Positions 37,265-47,700 of a DNA stretch of 64,000 nt are shown piece after piece (the stretch's first letter is position 1; each line of letters opens with the position of its first letter). Origin of the DNA: Squalus acanthias. Lineage: Eukaryota. Both the position numbers and the translations under genes were made by a program. The notes beneath the pieces were generated by a model. That model searched no databases and was not told where the DNA came from. It worked only from the letters and a program-made list of their open reading frames with translations. The stretch lies in NCBI GenBank assembly GCA_030390025.1, contig JASTWF010000080.1, positions 186,001 through 250,000 on the forward strand. The letters are read 5' to 3'.

Positions 37265-37877
37265 GTAATGGCACGCCATCGTAGTTCAGACCTTGCGAAG
37301 CCTCGGGTCCCGTACTCAGCGCACTAAAAAGAGCAAAACCTCTGGCATCGGAGGCTCCGCAGACTCGAGCCTCTCTGTCAGACAGTCACGTAGACTTTCA
37401 GTACAACATATAATCGATCGAGCAATCATGTCATTCCTTTAGTAACAGAAGATTTGACTATTTCACACCACATTTTGTGTATTTAAGATAGTGTCTGACT
37501 ACTATCTGAATTGTGTTTATAAATTATTGGGAGGGTAAAGTGGGAGTGAAGATCAACACTAGGTGTCACATAAAAAGGCTGATAACAAAATAAGGGCTCA
37601 TGTGGTTGGGGGTAAAACAGTAGCATGGATCAAGGATTGGTTAAGGGACAGAAAACAGAGAGTAGAGGTGTGTCGGTGACGGGACAGGGTCGGTGGTGTG
37701 CCACGGTGAAAGGACAGGGTCGCCGGTGACGTGAGTGGGTTGGTGGTGATGGGACAGGGTCAGCGGTGACTGGACAAGGTCGGCAGGGTGTGTCAGTGAT
37801 GGGACAGAGTCAGCGGTGACTGAAAAGGGTCGGAGGGGTGTGTCGGTGTTGGGACAGGGTCAGTGGTGACTGGTACA

Positions 37878-38505
37878 TGTCTCCCGCAGTGTCTGTCGAT
37901 GATGGGGAAGGTGAGGGACCTGGTCTCCCGCAGTGTCTGTCGATGGGGAAGGTGAGGGACCTGGTCTCCCGCAGTGTCTGTCGATGGGGAAGGTGAGGGA
38001 CCTGGTCTCCCGCAGTGTCTGTCGATGGGGAAGGTGAGGGACCTGGTCTCCCGCAGTGTCTGTCGATGGGGAAGGTGAGGGACCTGGTCTCCCGCAGTGT
38101 CTGTCGATGGGGAAGGTGAGGGACCTGGTCTCCCGCAGTGTCTGTCGATGGGGAAGGTGAGGGACCTGGTCTCCCGCAGTGTCTGTCGATGATGGGGAAG
38201 GTGAGGGAACTGGTCTCCTGCAGTGTCTGTCGAGGGGGAAGTTGAGGGACCTGGTCTCCCGCAGTGTCTGTCGACGGGGAAGGTGAGGGACCTGGTCTCC
38301 CGCAGTGTCTGTCGATGGGGAAGGTGAGGGACCTGGTCTCCCGCAGTGTCTGTCGACGGGGAAGGTGAGGGACCTGGTCTCCCGCAGTGTCTGTCGATGG
38401 GGAAGGTGAGGTATCTGGTCTCCCACAGTGTCTGTCGATGGGGAAGGACCGCTCCGATCTCCCGTACAGTCTCTCGATGGGGAAGGTGAGGGACCTGGTC
38501 TTCAG
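37878..38505. repeat. 41-bp minisatellite (ctggtctcccgcagtgtctgtcgatggggaaggtgagggac)n
   Basis: About 15 tandem copies. Confidence 0.93.
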
Positions 38506-38887
38506 CAAATCCTGTCGATGATGCAGAAAAGCAGAAAGATTCGCATTTATAGAGCACCTTTCACAACCTCAGGATGTGCCAAACAGCATTACAGCCAATG
38601 AAGTAATTCTGAATTGTCGTCCCTTTTGTAATGCAGCAAACATGGCAGCCAATTTGCGCACAGCAAGCCCCCACAAACAGCAATGTGTTAATGACCAGAT
38701 AATCAGAGAGAGAGAGAGACCAGGTTTAAAAGTGACAGTGCTGTATCTGTAGAGAGAGAGACCAGGTCTAAAACTGACAGTGCTTTAACTGGAGAGAGAG
38801 AGAGAGAGAGAGACCAGGTCTAAAACTGACAGTGCTGTATCTGTAGAGAGAGAGAGAGACCAGGGCTAAAACTGACAGTGCTGTATC

Positions 38888-39470
38888 TCATAGAATCATA
38901 GAAAGTTACAGCACGGAGGGAGGCCATTTTGCCCCATCGTGTCCGCGCCAGCCAACAAACAGCTATCCAGCCTAATCCCACTTCCCAGCTCTTGGTCCGT
39001 AGCCCTGCAGGTTAGAGCATCCCAAGTGCACATCGAAATACTTTTTAAATGTGGTTAGGGTTTCTGCCTCTACCACCCTTTTAGGCAGTGAGTTCCAGAC
39101 CCCCACAACCCTCTGGGTGAACAAATTTACCCTCAAATCCTTTCTAAACCTTCCACCAATTACTTTAAATCTGTGCCCCCTGGTTTTTGACACCTCTGCT
39201 AAGGGAAATAGATCATTTCTATCCACTTTATCTAGGCCACTCATAATTTTATGCACCTCAATAAGGTCTCCCCTCAGCCTCCTCTGTTCCAAGGAAAACA
39301 GACCCAACCTATCCCGTCTTTCCTCATAGCTAAGATTCTCTACTCCCGGCAACATCCTTGTCAATCTCTTCGATACCCTCTCTAGTGCAATCACATCTTT
39401 CCTGCAATGTGGTGACCAGAACTGTACGCAGTACTCTAGCTGAGGCCTAACTAGTGTTTTATACAGTTGA
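38888..39470 (-). mobile_element. CR1 LINE 3' end
   Basis: LFSLEQRRLRGDLIEV..FTQRVVGVWNSLP and a (catagaat)n tail. Confidence 0.88.
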
Positions 39471-40115
39471 AGCAGAATATGTGGAGAGAGAGACCAGAAC
39501 TAATACTGACAGGGCTGTATCTGTAGAGAGAGAAACCAGAACTAAAACTGATAGTGCTGTATCTGTAGAGAGAGAGAGAGACCAGGCCTAAAACTGACAG
39601 TACTGTATCTGTAGAGAGAGAGAGACCAGAACTAAAACTGACAGTGCTGTATCTGTAGAGATCATTACATACAATCTGCAGCTCAGAAACAGGCCATTTG
39701 GCCCATCAGGTCTATGCCAGTTTTAAATGCTCCACAAGAGCCTCCTCCCACTCTATTTACTTCATCCAAACATCAGCATATCTTTCTATTCCTTTCTTCC
39801 TCTTGTGTTTATCTAGCTTGCCCTTAAATGCATCTGTGCTATTTAAGTGCTCCCTGTGGTAGCGAATTTCATATTCTCACCACTCTCTTGAGTAAAGAAG
39901 TTTCTGCTGAATTCCTTATTGGATTTATTAGTGACTATCTTATATTTATGGTCCCTGGTTTTGGATTCCCTCAAGTGGAAACATCTTCTCTACATCTATC
40001 CTATCAAACGCCCTCAGACCCTCAGCCTTCACTTTTCTATAGAAAAGATCCCATCCTGTTTAGTCTGGTGCAGCTGGGAGCTGAGAATTGTTTGTTGTGA
40101 TCCCGATCTGTACAG

Positions 40116-40161
40116 TTCTGGAAATGGTGGTGTTCAGAGTGATGTCCAATTTCATTCTGGG
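40116..40161 (+). CDS. Candidate small exon (SGNGGVQSDVQFHSG when read phase 2 to 0), possibly a class I cytoplasmic exon
   Basis: Acceptor tctgtacag and donor g|gtaaat in a small unique island among repeats. Confidence 0.3.
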
Positions 40162-41302
40162 GTAAATGTTCCGTTCTGATCCTCACTCTGTTACCCGGGT
40201 TCCTCGCTCTACAATTGAAAGGAAGTCCGAGCTAGAGCTGAGCTCAATCACCCGAGTAGGAACTGTCAGCATTGGAAATCTTTCTCCAGGAAATCCCTCG
40301 GAGCTGCTCCAGCTCCTTGTCAGCAGTTTAGTGGGAATGGGGTCGAGGGAGCAGGAGGTGGGCCTCATGGACAAGATGAGCTCAGAGAGGATGTGAGGGA
40401 AATAGGAGAGAAACTGGAGAAAGATGCGAGTTCAGGGAGAGAGTGGGGGGAACCTTCGGGGAAGTTTGGCTGGCTGAGCATGGGGAAGGGAGGGAAGGGG
40501 CAGAGGCAGCTGAACGGATGCTCTCAATCTGAGTGCTAGAGATGTCCATGAGCTCCTCGCACTCATTGTTGGAGGGGAGGGTGGAGGGGGCAGTGGAGAG
40601 GGGTTAAGAAGACAGTCTGTATTGGAGAAATACTAAACATGCACTGTGGGAGTACCATCGCTACATGGACTGCAGCGGATCAAAAAGAAGGCCCACCATC
40701 ACCTTCACAAGGGTAACGAGGGTTGGGCAATACAAGCTGGGCTGGCGAGGATGACGTTTTAGAAAAACTATTCAGGATTTTTTAAATAGACAGAATATAA
40801 CCACAGTCCTTCATTGTGATGAATTTTGCTTTGTGGCTCTGGTTAAAGGCACTGGTTGGTGGGGCATTGTTACACATTTAGGGGTTTTGTACCAGATATT
40901 CCCTCAGGTTCAACACCTCAGGTCACTCCTGTAAGCAGCCCTCACATCTCTCTATGATCTTGAGTGCTCCTTTTACTGCCCAATATCTAGACAATGCTGG
41001 TATGACTCGGGGATTATAAGAGTGACCTTGCTTTGTATATGGGCGACTGTAATATTGAGTGTTCTGCCATTGTCCTGTCTTTATGGCAGTTGGACCTAAG
41101 GCACTCTAGTGAGCTGGGTTACAGCTTCAAACCAACTAGTTTTGCACAGAATATATGAATGAACAGAATGCAGTTTTCACAGTGCGATCCATCAAATCCT
41201 GCAGCCTCTTTTTCCATAGGAACACAATCTACAGATCCTCTGGACAAAACTCATTTTCAAGGTTGCTACTTCCAAGCTAATTAGCCCTGTCTGTTTTGCT
41301 AC

Positions 41303-41521
41303 GTCAATAGAGGTCATGATGTGGAGATGCCGGCGTTGGACTGGGGTGGACAAAAATGAGAAGTCGCACAACAACAGGTTATAGTCCAACAGATTTATTT
41401 AATTTTACAAGCTTTCGGAGCGGTTCGCTCCTTCCTCAGGTAAGTTAGCAGTGAGAGAATCTCCCAGAATTCACAATTTATCTGTTGGACTATAACCTGG
41501 TGTTGTGCGACTTCTCATTTT
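41303..41521. mobile_element. Penelope pseudo-LTR inverted-repeat insertion with an 11-bp TSD and a hammerhead core on -
   Basis: TSD tgttttgctac at 41292-302 and 41522-32. CTGAGGA..GAAA on - at ~41413-41439. Confidence 0.8.
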
Positions 41522-41759
41522 TGTTTTGCTACAGGCTGCTCAAGTTCACACACCCATTCTATCCAGAGACTGTGTTTCCTCACACCTTCCTAAATGGTGT
41601 AGGGTTGTGGTCTGGCTCGCCCGAGTCACTTTACACTCTTACTCATCACTGGTATCAGATTTAAAGGAAAGATTGAAGCAAGTTGCAGTTTCTCAGCCTT
41701 GGACCAGAGTTATCTAAAATTGTGCACTTTGTATCTGAAATGTTATAATATCTAATTAA

Positions 41760-43260
41760 CCAGGCACCTCCTGCTCTCTCGACTCTATTCCTACTAAACT
41801 ACTGACAACCCATCTTCCCTTCCTGCCCCCATTCTAGCTGATATTGTTCATGGTTCCCTCTCCTCAGGTACTGCCCCCTCCCCTTCAAATCTGCTATCAT
41901 CACCTCTTCCTCAAAAAACGTACCCTTGACCCCTCTGTCCTTGCAAACTACCGCCCCATCTCCAACCTCCCTTTCCTCTCCAAAGTTCTTGAACGTGCTG
42001 TCGCCTCCCAAATCCGTGCCCATCTTTCCCGTAACTGCATATTTGAACCTCTGGTTTCCGCCCCTGCCACAGCACTGAAACAGCTACTAACAAAGTGACA
42101 AATGCTACCCTATGTGACTGTGACCATGGTAAACTATCTCTCCTCATCATTCTCAATCTGTCTACAGCCTTCAACACAGTTGACCACACCATCCTCCGCC
42201 AACTCCTCTCCTCTGTCATCCAGCTGCACTCGGCTGGTTCAATTCCTATCTATCCAGTCATAGCCAGAGAATCTTCTGCAATGGCTTCTCTTACCTCTGG
42301 AGTCCCCCAAGGACCTATCCTCGCCCCCTCCTATTTCTCATCTACATGGAGACCCTCGGTCACATCATTTGAAAACATGGGATCAGGTTCCACACGTACA
42401 CTGATGAAACCGAGCTGTACCTCCCCACCACCTCTCTCGACCCCTCCACTGCCTTTGATTTGTCACGCTGCTTGTCCCACATCCTGTCCTGGAGGAGCCA
42501 AAATTTCATCCAATGAAACATTAAGAAGACATTGTATTCAGGCCCCAAGGATGTTGTGGTCAATCATTCTCCGTTCCCTAGCCCAGATTTCCACCCCCAC
42601 CCAAGTCAATGTCTGAGGCTGAACAGACTGTTTGCAATCTCGGTGCCCTATTTGACCCTGAGCTGAGCTTCCGACTCCATATCCTCTCATTCACCAAGAC
42701 CGGCTACTTCCACCTCCTTAATATTGCCTGTCTCCGCCCCTGCCTCAGCTCATCTGTTGCTGAAACCCTGATCCATGTCTTTGTTACCTCTGGACTCGAC
42801 TATTCCAATGCTCTCCTGGTCAACCTCCCATCTTCCACCCTCCATAAAGTTCAGTTCATCCAAAACTCTGCTGCCTATGTCCTAACTCACACCAAGTCCT
42901 GTTCACCCATCACCCCTGTGCTCGCTGACCTACATTAACTCCTGGTAAAGCAACAACTCAATTGTAAATTTCTCATTCTTGTTTTCAAATCCCTCCATGG
43001 CCTTGCCCCACCCTATCTCTGTAGCCTCTTCCAGCCATACATCCCCCTGAGATTTCTATGCTCCTCCAACTCTGGCCTCTTGTGTATCCCCATTTCCTTT
43101 GTCCCACCATTGGCGGACTGTCTAGGTCCCAAGGTCTGGAATTCCCTCCCTAAACCTCTCTGCCTCTCTACCTCCCTCTCCTCCTTAAGAGGCTCCTTAA
43201 AACTCACCTCTTTGACCAAGCTATTGGTCACCTGTCCTAATGTCTCCTTATGTGACTCGG
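41760..43260 (+). mobile_element. Decayed L2 LINE
   Basis: NYRPISNLPFLSKVLE, AFNTVDH, GVPQG and LDYSNALL motifs. Confidence 0.88.
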
Positions 43261-43269
43261 TGCACCCAT

Positions 43270-43920
43270 GAGTTCTGGGTCCCACACACTGAAGCCACGG
43301 GCAGCCTTCTCCTTGACCTCTGAGGCCAGTGATGTAGCTTCATCCAGTTCCCACTCGTCCAGCTCCCTCATGCTCTGTGAATCACCCAGTGCCACATCCT
43401 CACTAGCACTATCTGTTTCCCCCCAGGTGAAAGTATCTGAGCTGTCATCTGATGGGGACAAAACAAAATGCATGGGGTGAGATCGAGAGGGTTGTTGCAG
43501 GAACTCATGAGTGGCTTCATTCTGATTTCCTCACCCTCTTCATCATCATCCTCCTCGCCTTTGTCAACCTCATAATTTTGAAAGAATCACGAGGAAGGAG
43601 TTCTGCCTTCCTTCCTCCCCCTCCTCATCAAACATCTTCCCTCTCCTGTGCCCCCTGTTAGTGTGGTAGATCTGCAGTGAGCAGGGAGTGGAAGCTTGTG
43701 TCTGTGTGGTTCTTCACAGGGATAGCACGGCAATTATGTTGGTGTTCCGTCACTGACCTGGCATCAGCAATATGCCCCGGTCCTCACTGTCTCCCATGGC
43801 AAGAGGAGCGTTCCTCCCCATCAGCTCCATGGCCTCTTCCTTGTAGGCGGTGAGGTGCTTCAGGTTGGGGATTCCCCTGCCTCTGGTGGGCATTGTGTGT
43901 CAGTTTCTCCTGCAATAAGA
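43270..43920 (-). mobile_element. Second Harbinger Myb/SANT gene remnant
   Basis: Minus strand ttattgcag|EKLTHNA..GIPNLKHLTAYKEEAMELMG followed by acidic exons. Confidence 0.55.
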
Positions 43921-44725
43921 TTGAGTAAGTGAGGGAAAGGCTGGCAGTTGAGGAATGGCACAGGAGAGCTGAGGTAAGAGCTGTGGTGGCATCAGTTTGT
44001 TAAAGTGAAGGAAGGGTTTTTGGGATGTATGAGCAAAAATACACACCGAGCACGGACAAAAATACACACAGCAACAGACAGCTCACACCAACATACAGAC
44101 AAACACATATGGGTGGGATTGGAGGTCGTGGTATTGGGTAGTTTACCCCTCCCTTTACCCCTCACTGGTCCTAGTGTAGCACTGAGGGGAGTGTTGTGGG
44201 TGTGGAGAATCTCCCATTCTTAGACCCTGGAGGTCATGATCTTGGGCCCAGAAAGGGTGGGAAATCAGAGTCTGGGAGCTTTGAGGTCGGGGGTCAGGGT
44301 TCGTAGAGGTCTGGGATCAAGGCCGAGGGGGAATTCGGAGATAGATTGTTGGGGATCTTGAGGCCAGGAGAATAACCGGAGCATCCCAAGCCTGGAAGAC
44401 GGGAATGGCCCACAGTAAAGACCAGAGTTGTCACAGGCTCGGTGTGTAACATGCACTTTAAAAGTATTCACAAATAAAGCTCCTTACTCTTGTCCTTAGA
44501 AACATATAAAGCAGGAAACCCACAGCAAGCATTTCATATGAATGCTGGGAAAGGACATCAAACCGGTGATTCCAAGTTTTACAAAATACAGTTTAAATTA
44601 TTGGCCTATTAATGGCCAGAGTTACATTTTTCTCAAATATTGTGTGGTTTACCAGTTTAATGTGTTCATTAGTTTCCCCACAGCCATTTCCGGAGACCGA
44701 ACTCACTCTCCATCACCCGGAAGCC

Positions 44726-47700
44726 ATGGATAATAATGTGGAACTGGAGCCGACTGACTCCGACCGACAGCTCGAAACGGAGCCTTTAGGGAGAGGGTCA
44801 CAGCCCGGACCAAGTCCACCTGACCCAGTGGAAGGTAACAAAACCACAACTGCACAAGCACAGAGTTCAGGACAGAGACACAGTTCAATTTTTGCAAACA
44901 ACGATTCTGATGCAAAGACAGTAAAACGCACTCCAGGCAACGGTATTAGAAAACTCTTAACCGAATTGGGGTTAGAAAGTAAGAAGTTGACCCTGAGCGA
45001 TGTGCTCACCATAAGCACAGAAACACTTCAAAATAAGTCACCTGATTCACCTCAAGATATTCCAGGATATTTTCTTCGGAATTTAATGATGGTCAATTCA
45101 GAGGCAAGAATCTTGAAATACAATCCAACTGCGGCACAAAATCAGTCAGAATCGGATAACTTGGATTTTCTCTGTCTGGATAAAACCGGTGAAGGTTTGT
45201 ACCATCCCTTGGATATCATCGTGGCGATTTTCCTGCGTGCTGAGCCGTTCCTCCAGCAGGAGTTGATGTTGAAGATGTCCCTGTGCCAGTTCGCATTGCC
45301 ACTATTGCTGCCTGCTGATAACCAGGGCTGCACCTTCCTACTCTGGGCCCTGCGCTCCATTGTGAAGACCTGGCGGCCGCGCTCACTCCAAGAAAGTGCC
45401 AGTTTTAAGGAAACAAACATGGTGACCGTCAGCATGCCGACCTGTTCCTTCATTCGACTCGGTTCCTGTTCCATCTCCAAATCTAAGGTTCTAAACGAGG
45501 TCCTCAGCACCTCAGAGCAACACCACAACTTCTTCATCCATTGCGATATGGAGTATGGCGATTTACCACCAAAGATTTCTGACGGCCTGGTCGAGTTGTG
45601 CTGGTACCTGCCCAGCGGGAGTGAGAGGTCGGACCTCTTCCCGGAGCCAATGGCGATATTAAACCTCCGAGGTGACGCTAAAGAGTTCCACACACAGCTT
45701 CAATTTCTGGCAGACGTCTCTTCAGCTCTTTTTATTTTTATTGATAAAGTTGACAGCGGTTTAAGCAAGACCCTGGAGTCCCTCGCCCAGTCTCCAGTGA
45801 GTACATTCATAGTGCTTACTGGGAGCAGTGTGAGCAGTGAGACACAAGGACACTTGAAGCACTTCATTACTTCCTCAGTGTTTAAGAAAAATCAAATCTT
45901 ATTCCGAGGAACGAGAAACAGCGCACAGTTTACTGAGACACTGCGATCCACATTGAACACTGCACTGAAAACAACCCTGGAACCGACAACTGTATCTAAG
46001 CGCAGGAAGACTAGCCGGGGCCCCCAGAGTTTGGAGCAACTGGCGGCAATTGCAAGGGGCTTGGGAATGGAAGTAGATGAGGATGACCAGATGTGTTCAG
46101 AAGGCAAAGCAAGGGCAGCAAACATTAATAATCGTATTAATGGAGAGGAAATCAGCCAATACAAATTGGAAAATATGTCTTTTCAGGGTTCGACTTGGCA
46201 ACAGGTTTCCAAAATAGAAAAAGAAAAATGTCGTCCAAAACAGCGAGAGGACAAGTCTACACACAAATACTGTAATGACCTGGAAGAAGAGAAGAAAAAA
46301 CTTCGAAACGAGCAAGGAAAGAAAGGTGTATCGGCTGATATGAAAAGCTTCATTACAGCTCTGACAGACAGGGAGGAGAGGAAACACTTCCTGCAGTGGC
46401 TGAAATGCGGGTTGGATTCCAGATCCAGAGACACTCTCTCTGGTTTACGTGGAGATTACAAAGCTCTGTATGAGAAATCTCAGCCACAGTCAACAAAGCA
46501 GAAAGACTCCACAATCGACAACAAACAGCTACAGGAATTAGACCAAAGGATAACTGCCAGCTCCCTTGGACTCGAACATTTCATGCGAGAAATCGGGCTG
46601 ATCTACGAAACATTGATAAACCAGAATAATGGGAACAAGGAAGAGGAATGCATGGTGGAAAAGTTACCCCGCACTGCCGCTGATCTGATGTTGGACGGGT
46701 TCCCTCTGGAGCTCATCGATGGCGATGTTTCCAACATCCCTTTACGGTGGATCACTGATGTACTGAAGGCAGTTGAAGACAAGATTGGCAGAGAGACCCG
46801 TGTGTTTGTGCTGACGGTGCTGGGTGTGCAGAGCACGGGCAAGTCCACGCTTCTCAACACCATGTTCGGTTTGCAGTTCGCTGTGAGTTGTGGTCGGTGC
46901 ACCCGCGGGGCCTTCATGCAGCTCATTAAGATTACAGAAGATCTGCAGATCGAGCTGGGCTGTGGGTACATCATGGTGATTGACACCGAGGGGCTGAAAG
47001 CACCGGAACTCTCGACCATCGACAACAGCTATGAACATGACAACGAGCTCGCCACCCTGGTGATCGGGTTAAGCGATGTAACATTGGTCAACATGGCCAT
47101 GGAAAACTCCACAGAGATGAAGGACGTGCTGCAGATAGCGGTCCATGCATTGATACGAATGAAAGAAGTGGGGAAAAGGCCAGCTTGTTACTTTGTCCAC
47201 CAGAATGTGAGCGACGTTTCTGCTCATGATCAGAATATCAGAGGCCGCAATCATCTGCTGGAACAGTTGGATGTGATGACACAAGCAGCGGCTAAAATGG
47301 AAAAACAAGATCAGCGGTTCACCAAGTTCTCTGATGTGTTGGAGTACGATGCGATGGTGAGTAACTGGAACATCCCAGGCCTGTGGCACGGGAATCCGCC
47401 CATGGCAGCAGTCAATACCGGCTACAGTCACAAGGTGTTTGAGCTGAAAAAAAGGCTTTTCAGGGATCTGAAAGAGAAGAGACATCAAGGGAGAATGTCA
47501 ACCATCCCTGAGTTTAGCAAGTGGACTAAATCTCTGTGGACCGCGGTGAAATATGAAAATTTCATCTTCAGTTTCCGGAACAGTCTGGTAGCTGAAGCTT
47601 ACAAGGAACTTTCTGTCAAATACACCGACCTGGAGTGGGAACTGCGGAAAGAAATCCATTCCTTCCTGGAAAAGGCACAGAACATAATTTTTAATGACAA

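Larger units (their letters stand above)
29041..37870. repeat. Tandem segmental duplication, unit ~2.9-3.0 kb (unit starts ~29042, 30778, 33665, 36704)
   Basis: Near-identical blocks and recurring ORFs (MRWVIVSE.., MEGKYGHG..). Each unit contains a 30-bp minisatellite (gactggacagggtcggcgtggagtgtcggt)n. Confidence 0.95.

Noticed and set aside
4848-38505. CRISPR-like regular repeats
   Set aside because: These are head-to-tail tandem units without unique spacers, in eukaryotic DNA with no cas genes.
44612-44683. Hydrophobic signal-peptide-like N-terminus of the 1705-aa ORF
   Set aside because: It overlaps the polypyrimidine tract and acceptor, so it is likely intronic. The Kozak-optimal ATG is at 44726.
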